DNA of 50,126 bases from a phage. Of this stretch, positions 9,478 to 17,509 are shown piece by piece. The notes under the pieces are model-generated. The model ran no database searches, was not told the DNA's origin, and saw nothing but the letters and a program-made list of their open reading frames with translations. Every line of letters begins with the position of its first letter. The stretch's first letter is position 1. The position numbers and the translations under genes are program-made. The DNA lies in sequence record PZ445405.1; one strand, 5' to 3'.

Positions 9478-9868
9478 ATTATCATTAGCCGCAAGGAAAT
9501 TCGTCGACGATTTGTTGGTAAATGAATTTCCGGTCAGATATCCAGTTGCTTGGGAGAACTGTAAGTTTACTCCTCCTGCCGACGGCTCAATCTGGCTTAA
9601 GTACGACTACACAGAAGTTGATACCGTAACCTACGGATTAAGCAGGAAGTGCAAATACTACGTAGGCATGGTGCAGATTTCAGTATTCTTAAGTCCTGGT
9701 ACTGGAATTGATAAGCCGAGACAGATTGCTAATCAATTGGCAGAATCTATCGTTGATGGTACAATGCTTGACAGCGGGACCATTTATGAGTCTGGAGTTG
9801 TTAACCCGGTTATCAAATCCAAGTCTGGGTGGTTTATCCCGGTTCGTTTTTATGTTCGTCTAGACTAA
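9467..9868 (+). CDS. Tail terminator-like protein (putative)
   Basis: GTG start with SD GAGGAGG; position immediately upstream of the major tail gene. Confidence 0.4.
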   Translation: MQYELSLAARKFVDDLLVNEFPVRYPVAWENCKFTPPADGSIWLKYDYTEVDTVTYGLSRKCKYYVGMVQISVFLSPGTGIDKPRQIANQLAESIVDGTMLDSGTIYESGVVNPVIKSKSGWFIPVRFYVRLD

Positions 9869-9883
9869 CAAAAGGAAAAATAC

Positions 9884-10540
9884 ATGGCCCATCTCAGCAA
9901 TGGCACTCAGGTCTTCGTAGAAGGCTCTAGGGGAGCTACAATTGACGTAACTGCAATTTCCAACGCAGTTACCCCTGTTTTAACTGTATCTGACGCCTCT
10001 GGCTTGGTTGTTGGTGATTACCTGCTTTTCACCTCTTCTGCTTCCACGCTTCTGGCTGACAAGCAAGTTCGAGTTACCGAAATCTCTGGCACGTCAGTAA
10101 CTGTTGAAGGTATTGATACCTCTAGCACTACAAAGTTCCCAGCCGGTTTAACTGGTGAAGTTGTTAAGATTACTTCTTGGTTCGAAGTTCCGTGCGTTCA
10201 GGATGTATCTACTGATGGCGGCGAACAGCAGTTCGTTAACTTCCAGTGCCTGTCAGATGACCGTGAACAGCAGATTCCGACTTATAAATCTGCGGTAACT
10301 AACACCTTTACCTTTGCTCATGAGTACACTAACCCGGTTTATCCGGTTCTGCGTAACTATGATGAGTCTGGTCAGGTTGTTGCGATTCGTCTGTTCGTAC
10401 CTAGAGCCAGCGAAATGCGTTTGCAGTCCGGCACTATCGCTTTCAACGACACCCCGACCATTGGCGTTAACGAAATCGAAACGGTATCCATCGCAGTATC
10501 CATTCGTGGCCGCCTGTCCTCTGTGGCAGCAGAAGTTTAA
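9884..10540 (+). CDS. Major tail protein (putative)
   Basis: 218-aa Ser/Thr/Val-rich ORF upstream of the chaperone and tape measure genes, followed by a strong terminator. Confidence 0.55.
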   Translation: MAHLSNGTQVFVEGSRGATIDVTAISNAVTPVLTVSDASGLVVGDYLLFTSSASTLLADKQVRVTEISGTSVTVEGIDTSSTTKFPAGLTGEVVKITSWFEVPCVQDVSTDGGEQQFVNFQCLSDDREQQIPTYKSAVTNTFTFAHEYTNPVYPVLRNYDESGQVVAIRLFVPRASEMRLQSGTIAFNDTPTIGVNEIETVSIAVSIRGRLSSVAAEV

Positions 10541-10547
10541 AACACCA

Positions 10548-10569
10548 ACCCTCTTCGGAGGGTTTTTTA
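10548..10569 (+). terminator. Rho-independent terminator
   Basis: ACCCTC-ttcg-GAGGGT followed by TTTTTTATT. Confidence 0.7.
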
Positions 10570-10573
10570 TTGC

Positions 10574-10650
10574 ATAGCACTTTTTGCCAAAGATCTTATT
10601 CAACTTTGCTGTATAGTTACCTCATCGAAACGAAATGAGAGATTAAAGAA
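10574..10650 (+). promoter_or_regulatory. Promoter cassette, T-rich-centre variant (ATAGCACTTTTTGCCAAA, 22 bp, TATAGT 10612-10617, leader CATCGAAACG)
   Basis: Same geometry as the canonical cassette; drives the lipoprotein ORF. Confidence 0.55.
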
Positions 10651-11037
10651 ATGAAAGCAATCATCGCAATTATGGCAACCTTGTTACTCGCTGGCTGTAA
10701 CTCAGATAAGGTAAAGACACTTAACGTTGATCTGGCATCAAACGAATGCAAGAACATCGTATACAACGCGACGGTTAACAATGAATCATTTACTCAGCTT
10801 TCATTCAAACACCCAGAGCTCAAAGATGCCGTTATGTACGTGGCGCACATTGAATGCACGAAATCTGTTAACAATTTTACCCGCGGCGTTGTAGTTGAGC
10901 ACAACACAACATTGGCAAAAGTATCAAAGCCTAGTGACGCTTCAATCGCGATGGTTTATACTAATATCTACAATTTAGAAGGTTTCGCTAAGGAAGTTGG
11001 CGAGAAGCTGGCTTACTCACGCGTTGTTATGAAATAA
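10651..11037 (+). CDS. Lipoprotein (moron inside the tail operon)
   Basis: Signal peptide with lipobox LLAGC (MKAIIAIMATLLLAGCNSD); own promoter cassette and flanking terminator. Confidence 0.6.
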   Translation: MKAIIAIMATLLLAGCNSDKVKTLNVDLASNECKNIVYNATVNNESFTQLSFKHPELKDAVMYVAHIECTKSVNNFTRGVVVEHNTTLAKVSKPSDASIAMVYTNIYNLEGFAKEVGEKLAYSRVVMK

Positions 11038-11054
11038 ATAGAGGATAAAACGAG

Positions 11055-11369
11055 ATGGCAAAGTTCAAACTTTCACTGGCGGCACTGCCAGACTTCAAGC
11101 TCCCAGTAAAATTTAAGCTGGCTAACGACCAGGATGTAGAGGTTATCTTTACAGTTAAGCATAAGAAGACTTCTGAGCTTCAGGAATTGCTTAACAAGGA
11201 AGGCTTGAGCACCAAAGAACTCATTATGGCAATTGCTTCTGATTGGGATCTGGAAGAGGAATACAACGAGGATAACGTTAATGAGTTCTCCGACCTGTTC
11301 CCGGCTTCAACTGTTGCGCTGACCACCGCTTATATGCAAGCACTTGCTGGGCAGCGAGTAAAAAACTAA
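11055..11369 (+). CDS. Tail assembly chaperone (lambda gpG-like)
   Basis: Acidic 104-aa ORF immediately upstream of the tape measure gene, ending at a slippery heptamer. Confidence 0.7.
   Translation: MAKFKLSLAALPDFKLPVKFKLANDQDVEVIFTVKHKKTSELQELLNKEGLSTKELIMAIASDWDLEEEYNEDNVNEFSDLFPASTVALTTAYMQALAGQRVKN
11360..11366 (+). other. Programmed -1 ribosomal frameshift slippery site A_AAA_AAC
   Basis: Heptamer sits 1 codon before the G stop (TAA 11367-11369); the -1 frame continues open to 11689. Confidence 0.6.
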
Positions 11370-11377
11370 AACGAGCG

Positions 11378-11689
11378 GTGTATCTACAGTACCAGTCAGA
11401 CCCAACCGATGCCGAACTGGAAGCTATTGGGATGCGCCGCTCTGATTACGAAGATGAAGAGCCTGAGGTTTTACACTTCGACGACAACATGATGAAGGCG
11501 TGGGACATTTATTGTTCAATGGCTACACAATGGAGAGTCGGAGCTAACGGAGCTACAGGCTTAGATTACAACGTGCTAAATTTCCTCTTTAGAGTGTATA
11601 ATGTTTCTGAAGAAGAATTGGTGCTCAGCGATTTACGCATCCTTGAAGCTAAGGCTCTAGAGATGATGGACAACCTGAGAAAAAAATAA
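11378..11689 (+). CDS. Tail assembly chaperone frameshift extension (gpT-like segment, expressed as G-T fusion)
   Basis: -1 frame ORF contiguous with the G gene; conserved G/GT arrangement upstream of tape measure. Confidence 0.6.
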   Translation: MYLQYQSDPTDAELEAIGMRRSDYEDEEPEVLHFDDNMMKAWDIYCSMATQWRVGANGATGLDYNVLNFLFRVYNVSEEELVLSDLRILEAKALEMMDNLRKK

Positions 11690-11712
11690 CCCGCTTCGGC
11701 GGGTTTTCTATT
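11688..11712 (+). terminator. Weak terminator / attenuator hairpin
   Basis: ACCCGC-ttcg-GCGGGT followed by TTTCTATT. Confidence 0.4.
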
Positions 11713-11724
11713 ATGGAGGCTTAG

Positions 11725-14487
11725 ATGGCAACAAATGAATTAGCCGGAATCACCCTAGCCGTAGACGTCTCGCAGGTAGACAGGGGTACGCAATCCCTAC
11801 AGAAGTTCAGGCAAGCTAACCAGCAAGCCGCTTCCGGCATTAGTGAATTCGTCAATGCCGAGCAGGTTGCAAAGACTCAAGCTAGAGAAACGGCTCGCGC
11901 ACTGGCTGAACAGCAAGCATCTTTGGCTAAATTGCAAACAGCGATTGATCCAACTGCGGCAAAGTTCCGTAAACTCCAGGAGGCAGCGGTAGGTCTTGAT
12001 AAAGCGTTCGCTGCTGGCGCAGTTCCTGACGAGGAGTTTTTCCGATTAGGTGAAGCACTTGAAACGCAGAACGCAAAACTTGCTCGTTCACGTGCGGCGC
12101 TAACTGAAGAGGGAAGAGCGGCAGCGCAGGCTGCAAAGGATAAGGCAAAAGCAAAGGCTGAAGCGGATAGATTTATTGCGTCACTACAACGACAGGCTCA
12201 AGCGGCAACATTGACGCGTGAAGAGTACTTGAAGTTGCAGGCGGCCCAACTTGGCGTTTCGGCGCAGGCCACCCCATTAATTAACCAGATTGGCACTGCA
12301 ACCCAGAGAACGGTTGAAAATCTTGGCAGGCAAGCAGCAGCATTCCAGAAATCAGGGTTAAGCGCGGGTCAATACAAAAACGCGATTTCTCAGTTACCAG
12401 CACAGATTACAGATATTGGAACATCATTGGCTGGTGGGATTCCGATTTGGCTTATTGCAATTCAGCAGGGCGGGCAGATTAAGGATGCATTTGGCGGCAT
12501 TGCTAATACTGCGAGATTCCTCCTTTCTTATCTCAACCCGCTCACGGTAGCTGCTGGAGTTCTTGGTGCTGGCTTTGCTTACGCTGCTTTAAGTATTTAT
12601 AAGAGCGAGGCGGCAATTAAGGCAGCAAGAAAGGCTGTTGAGGAAACGCTTGGCGTCACAGATGAGGCAGCTCGACAACTAAGCATTAGCATCGCCAAGA
12701 TTTCTGAGGCTTCAGGTAAGACTGCTGAAGACATTGCGAAGTCATTCGTATCAACACGTGACGGAGCGCAAGAAGCAATCCTGAAGCTGATTGATGTTGG
12801 TGTGAGTTATGATGAAGCCAGGGAGCTGGTCGAGCGTTACAAGAATGCATCAAACTTTACCCAAGTTAACGCACAAATCGAGCAGCACAGGCTTGAGGCT
12901 GCAAAGATTCAGGACAGCTGGTTCGAGAACGCGAAGGCTGTAAGCTACTATAATGATGTTGCTGTGCAAGGTCTTGTTAACTCCCCGCTAACAAACGTGG
13001 CGGCAAGAAACAGCGCGGCAATTCAGGAATTTGCGAGCCTTCTAGAAAAGGATGTGAACCAGGCTCTTATCGATGGTAATAGACACGTCGCTGAGCAAGT
13101 TGATTTAATCGGGAAGGAGTACTTAGCCCTTGATCGCGTGGCTGGTGCTGAGAAGTCACTTGCAGACGCCAGGAAGCAAGCAGCAGCAATTGCGAGAAGC
13201 GGTAACGCTGAAGCTATCGCTCAGGCGAACAGAGTAATTCAGTTGCGTCAGCGAGAACTAGATGAAGCCAAGAAGGCTGAGGCAGAGAGAAACAAGCCAG
13301 CAAAAACGAAAGCACCAAAGGAAGCCAGAGACCTTACCATCAATTATGAGTCAGGAGTCCTTGCTCTGGAGGCTCAGTTAAGGCTACTTCAGAACGTTGG
13401 AAGTCAGACGAAGGCAATCAGCACTGAGCGGAGAAAACTACTTGAGGAAGAAGCTAAGTTTGCAATCCTTGAGGAGCGCCAGGCGGCTGGAACAATAGGC
13501 AGGGAGCAAGCAAGGCTTCTTATTGAGAAGGATAAGGTTCTTCAACTAGCTAGACAGAAGGCAGAATTGGGTGACCAGATTGTTTTGCAGGAGCGAGCTA
13601 ATAAGTTAGCTGAAGATAACAGGAAGAAGATTCTTCAGATTAACAATGAGGCAAGTAACATCAGCCTGGGTGCTGGTCTATCCTCTCGGGAGCAGCAAAG
13701 ACTCAAAGAGATTCAGGCTCTTCAATCCAATCAGGAAAATGCTGGTGGTTCTCTTGAAGACGTAGATTTCCAGCAGTTACTGGAAGCAAGAAGGCAATTC
13801 TACAGGGATGAGGATGCGCTACGTGAAAACTGGCTTGCTGGTGTGAATCAATCCTTTGCCAATTGGGCTGAGAGCGCGACGGATGCCTTCTCAATTGCCG
13901 GAAGTTTAACCACAACCGTATTTGAGGGCATTACAGACCAGATTACCAACCTTGTAACCACTGGCGAAACAAACTTCAGAGAGTTTACTGTTAGCATTCT
14001 TAAGCAGATTGCTAAGATTGCGGCCCAGCTTCTTGTTGTCAAGGCAATCGAGTCCAGCTTAAGTAGCTTCGGTGGTACTGGCGGCGCTATTGGTTCAATT
14101 GCATCTGCTATAGGTTTCGCTGGTGGCGGTTACACTGGTGATGGAGGTAAGTATCAGCCGGCTGGCACAGTGCATCGTGGAGAGTTTGTATTCACAAAAG
14201 AAGCGACAAGCCGAATTGGTGTTAAGAACCTTTACGCACTAATGAAGGGTTACGCAAACGGCGGTGTTGTTGGTGGTCCTTCTGGTTATGCTAATGGAGG
14301 TTTGGTTTCTGGTGGCACTGATGTTAATGTTAGTGGTATCACTGTTAACGTAAACTCCGGGGTGGGTAGCGACCCAGAGCAAGCTAAGGCATTGCAAAGT
14401 GGAGTCAAGGCAATCGTAGCGGAAGAGATTGCTCAATCATTCCAGCAGGGTGGCAGGGCTTATCAGTACCTTCGCGGATTCAACTAA
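11725..14487 (+). CDS. Tail tape measure protein
   Basis: 920 aa, Ala/Gln/Glu-rich coiled coil, Gly-rich C-terminus; position after G/GT. Confidence 0.85.
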   Translation: MATNELAGITLAVDVSQVDRGTQSLQKFRQANQQAASGISEFVNAEQVAKTQARETARALAEQQASLAKLQTAIDPTAAKFRKLQEAAVGLDKAFAAGAVPDEEFFRLGEALETQNAKLARSRAALTEEGRAAAQAAKDKAKAKAEADRFIASLQRQAQAATLTREEYLKLQAAQLGVSAQATPLINQIGTATQRTVENLGRQAAAFQKSGLSAGQYKNAISQLPAQITDIGTSLAGGIPIWLIAIQQGGQIKDAFGGIANTARFLLSYLNPLTVAAGVLGAGFAYAALSIYKSEAAIKAARKAVEETLGVTDEAARQLSISIAKISEASGKTAEDIAKSFVSTRDGAQEAILKLIDVGVSYDEARELVERYKNASNFTQVNAQIEQHRLEAAKIQDSWFENAKAVSYYNDVAVQGLVNSPLTNVAARNSAAIQEFASLLEKDVNQALIDGNRHVAEQVDLIGKEYLALDRVAGAEKSLADARKQAAAIARSGNAEAIAQANRVIQLRQRELDEAKKAEAERNKPAKTKAPKEARDLTINYESGVLALEAQLRLLQNVGSQTKAISTERRKLLEEEAKFAILEERQAAGTIGREQARLLIEKDKVLQLARQKAELGDQIVLQERANKLAEDNRKKILQINNEASNISLGAGLSSREQQRLKEIQALQSNQENAGGSLEDVDFQQLLEARRQFYRDEDALRENWLAGVNQSFANWAESATDAFSIAGSLTTTVFEGITDQITNLVTTGETNFREFTVSILKQIAKIAAQLLVVKAIESSLSSFGGTGGAIGSIASAIGFAGGGYTGDGGKYQPAGTVHRGEFVFTKEATSRIGVKNLYALMKGYANGGVVGGPSGYANGGLVSGGTDVNVSGITVNVNSGVGSDPEQAKALQSGVKAIVAEEIAQSFQQGGRAYQYLRGFN

Positions 14488-14517
14488 TTAATGGGGCTTC
14501 GGCCCCTAAGGATTTTT

Positions 14518-14868
14518 ATGGCTATTGAGACTTTTAAATGGTGCACGCAGATTCAGGGCGGGTCCGCATCTTTCAGTAACACGAATAATGTGCGAATCGT
14601 TAGCTTTGGCAACGGTTACGAGCAGCGCGGAACAGGAGGATATCGCAGTAACAAGCGAAGCTACCAGATGACTTACACTAACAAGGACTGGCGCGATGTG
14701 ATGGACTTTTGCTTCAATCACATAATTACCCCGTTCTTCTGGACTACACCTCAGGGTGATACTTCTATGTTTGTGATTCAGCAGGATAGCATTAGCGTTA
14801 CACCACTCAGCAAGGAAGTTCATACTGTAAACATGCAATTCGTGGAAGTATTTAGCTCAATGCGTTAA
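14518..14868 (+). CDS. Minor tail protein (lambda gpM-like)
   Basis: Position after tape measure; start at ATG 14518 with SD AAGGA, downstream of the hairpin. Confidence 0.65.
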   Translation: MAIETFKWCTQIQGGSASFSNTNNVRIVSFGNGYEQRGTGGYRSNKRSYQMTYTNKDWRDVMDFCFNHIITPFFWTTPQGDTSMFVIQQDSISVTPLSKEVHTVNMQFVEVFSSMR

Positions 14869-14872
14869 ACTA

Positions 14873-14896
14873 AGCCCCATTAGGGGCTTTTTTTTA
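14873..14896 (+). terminator. Rho-independent terminator
   Basis: AGCCCC-atta-GGGGCT followed by T8 and TTATTGGAGAAA. Confidence 0.65.
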
Positions 14897-14908
14897 TTGG
14901 AGAAATAT

Positions 14909-15664
14909 ATGTTAAGTCCAAAGTTTGAAAATCAGTTGCAAAGCCTTTTCCCTGGCGAAATTGTGACACTAATCCAGGTTGATGGCACCTCCTTTGGCGG
15001 TCTCGTTTATTCGTTCCATAATGAGAACATTTCATACACGCCAGAGGAAATCATGCTGGCCCAGATGAATGGCGATCCACTACCAGAGAAGACAATCACA
15101 TTTCGCGGAGAGGAATATGGACCTCGCCCATTCGGAATCTCTGGTATCAATATGACCTCTGACGGAAAGGCCAACAAAGTGACGCTAACAGTATCAAACG
15201 TAGACCAGCGAATTAGCGCATTGATTCGAACATACAATGGACTGGTTAGGGCTAAGGTTACTATCTGGATTACTACGCGAGACAACATCAACGAAGATGG
15301 AAGCATTGCTGATGGGGACTATCGCAGGTTCGTTTACTTCATTGAGAGACCAAAGCAGGTTGATTACAAAACGGCATCATTTGAGCTTAGCTCACCTATG
15401 GATATGGATGGAATTTACATTCCTGCGAGACTTGTTCAGTCTGTTTGCTATTTTGCCTCCAGGGGATGGTATCGAAGTGGTAATGGGTGTTCATATGCTG
15501 GTAACAGATACTTTAACAAGGATGATGAGCCGGTGGCAGACCCTTCATTAGACTTCTGTGCGGGAACTGTTAACAGCTGCAAGCTTAGATTCGGTGAGAA
15601 TAATCAGTTGGATTTTGGCGGTTGCGCGGCGGCAAGCCTTCAGGCAAAAGCGAATCAAAGCTAA
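14909..15664 (+). CDS. Minor tail protein (lambda gpL-like) with C-terminal Cys cluster
   Basis: C-terminal cysteines (CYFASRGW..GCSYAG..FCAGTVNSC) as in the lambda L iron-sulfur motif; position. Confidence 0.75.
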   Translation: MLSPKFENQLQSLFPGEIVTLIQVDGTSFGGLVYSFHNENISYTPEEIMLAQMNGDPLPEKTITFRGEEYGPRPFGISGINMTSDGKANKVTLTVSNVDQRISALIRTYNGLVRAKVTIWITTRDNINEDGSIADGDYRRFVYFIERPKQVDYKTASFELSSPMDMDGIYIPARLVQSVCYFASRGWYRSGNGCSYAGNRYFNKDDEPVADPSLDFCAGTVNSCKLRFGENNQLDFGGCAAASLQAKANQS

Positions 15665-15738
15665 ATAGCACGAATTGCTAAACACCAACGCGACGGATGG
15701 CGTATAGTTACTTCATCGAAACGAGAGGAGATAAATAA
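15665..15738 (+). promoter_or_regulatory. Canonical promoter cassette (box 15665-15682, TATAGT 15703-15708, leader CATCGAAACGAGAGGAG)
   Basis: Near-identical to the cassette at 537-611; TTGCTA to TATAGT spacing 22 bp. Confidence 0.6.
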
Positions 15739-16056
15739 ATGAAAGCTAAATTTATTGCAAAATCGGAATGGTACACTGGTGAGTACGAATTTACCACTGG
15801 AGAGGATTACGAACTTAGTCACCAAGGCGGCAACTTCTATTCAACAATAGACAATAACGGTCTTTTGGCTTACTTTGAAAATGGTCGATACTATGAATTT
15901 GAGATCCTCAAAAATGAATCAAAAGAGAAGGAGATGACTTACAGAATGAATGGGGATGTGGTTACTGAATCATTCTTTTATGACAGGCTAATGGAGGCTG
16001 AGGCACTTAAGTCCAGAGGGGTTTCTGTATTTATAGATTTTGAGGTTAGTTTTTAA
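15739..16056 (+). CDS. Hypothetical small acidic Tyr/Gly-rich protein (cassette-driven moron)
   Basis: Motif TGEYEFTTGEDYEL similar to ORFs at 612 and 34351. Confidence 0.45.
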   Translation: MKAKFIAKSEWYTGEYEFTTGEDYELSHQGGNFYSTIDNNGLLAYFENGRYYEFEILKNESKEKEMTYRMNGDVVTESFFYDRLMEAEALKSRGVSVFIDFEVSF

Positions 16057-16079
16057 TAATCGAAATTGGTGTTAAACTA

Positions 16080-16106
16080 GGTCAATCGATAGATTGGCCT
16101 TTTTTA
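16080..16106 (+). terminator. Rho-independent terminator
   Basis: GGTCAATC-gata-GATTGGCC followed by TTTTTTATTGGAGAAAA. Confidence 0.55.
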
Positions 16107-16117
16107 TTGGAGAAAAC

Positions 16118-16876
16118 ATGTTAACACCCAAAGTCAAGCTGCAAATCTTCCAGCACGCAAAAGAAGCCTACCCGCATGAGTGCTGTGGAGTTGTTACGCA
16201 GAAGGGCAGGGCGCAGAAGTATCACAGAATCACAAACTCAAGCAAAGACCCTGAAAACGAGTTCATTCTTGATTCAAATGAGTATGCAAATATCACCTTT
16301 AACCTCGCAGATAATGAGTCGATTGTGTACGTAGCTCACTCTCACACAGGCGACGGCGCCACAACAAGACCTAGCCCAGCGGACATTTGCAGCTGCAATG
16401 AATGCGAGATTCCTTATGTTATCGTAAGCATTCCTGAGGGTGACATGAGAATCCTTGAGCCATCAACCATGCCACTGATTGGTCGCCCGTGGGGTCTGGG
16501 TAGCTTTGACTGCTGGGAGTTGGTGATGGCATTTCACAAGAAATACGGCGTAAAACTGAATGACTACCGCGTCAATTACCCGTGGTGGGAGAAACGGTAC
16601 AATGAAAATATCTATGATGACAACTGGATTAAGGAAGGATTTGAGCTAGTAAAAACTTCAGATATTCCTATTGGCTCCATGATTATGATGCAGGTGCAAA
16701 GCGAGGTGACAAACCACGCCGGAATCTACATTGGCAACAACAGATTTATTCATCACCTTTATGGTAAAATGAGTTCCGTTGATATCTACTCCGATTACTG
16801 GCGAGAGCGCACAGTGCGAATTGTTCGCCATAAGGATTTACCAGAGGATGTAATTTATGACCCAGAAACTGATTGA
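16118..16876 (+). CDS. Tail assembly protein (lambda gpK-like; JAMM metalloprotease + NlpC/P60 domains)
   Basis: JAMM motif HSHTGDGATTRPSPAD and NlpC/P60-type Cys (DCWELV) plus His residues. Confidence 0.8.
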   Translation: MLTPKVKLQIFQHAKEAYPHECCGVVTQKGRAQKYHRITNSSKDPENEFILDSNEYANITFNLADNESIVYVAHSHTGDGATTRPSPADICSCNECEIPYVIVSIPEGDMRILEPSTMPLIGRPWGLGSFDCWELVMAFHKKYGVKLNDYRVNYPWWEKRYNENIYDDNWIKEGFELVKTSDIPIGSMIMMQVQSEVTNHAGIYIGNNRFIHHLYGKMSSVDIYSDYWRERTVRIVRHKDLPEDVIYDPETD

Positions 16877-17429
16877 TATTAAGCTAGGCCTGTCTCTAGG
16901 CCGTAAGTTTGGAAAGATTCACCAGATGGCAGTGAATAGTGTTCCCGAGGCGATGAGAGCGCTATGCTCACAGATTCCAGCATTCAAAGAATTCATGAAC
17001 AGTCATGTTGGTCAGAACACAAGGTACGCAGTGTTCGTTGATGGCAAAAATGTGAACGAGCATCGAATCTCTGATTTTAGTGCCGTTCAGGAGATACGCA
17101 TCTTACCAATCCCACAAGGTCGCAAGTCCGGTGGGTTGTTTCAGACAATTTTAGGTGCTGCGCTTATCACGGTTGGTATCTTTACCGGGCAGATTTATCT
17201 TGTTGGCGCTGGTGTGTCTTTAGCGGCGGGTGGTATTGCTCAGTTACTCTCACCTCAAGCGACTGGATTGAAGACCCAGAACAACCAAACAAGCAACCGA
17301 GCATCATACGCATTCGGCTCAGCAGTAAACACAGTAGCTGCTGGATATCCAGTTTGCTTGCCATACGGCTATAGAACGGTTGGCGGCTCGGTATTTTCGG
17401 CCGGTTCATATGCAGAGGACAATGCTTAA
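16857..17429 (+). CDS. Tail assembly protein (lambda gpI-like)
   Basis: Clear similarity to lambda I (RALCSQIPAFKEF.., ILPIPQGRKSGGLFQTILGAALI). Confidence 0.8.
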   Translation: MTQKLIDIKLGLSLGRKFGKIHQMAVNSVPEAMRALCSQIPAFKEFMNSHVGQNTRYAVFVDGKNVNEHRISDFSAVQEIRILPIPQGRKSGGLFQTILGAALITVGIFTGQIYLVGAGVSLAAGGIAQLLSPQATGLKTQNNQTSNRASYAFGSAVNTVAAGYPVCLPYGYRTVGGSVFSAGSYAEDNA

Positions 17430-17437
17430 ATACCATA

Positions 17438-17459
17438 CCCGCCTAGTGCGGGTTTTTTA
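17438..17459 (+). terminator. Rho-independent terminator
   Basis: CCCGC-ctagt-GCGGG followed by TTTTTTATTT. Confidence 0.65.
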
Positions 17460-17509
17460 TTTAGTGTAGAATGGCACAAATGATCAAAACAAACATGAGG
17501 CTTTGTGAT

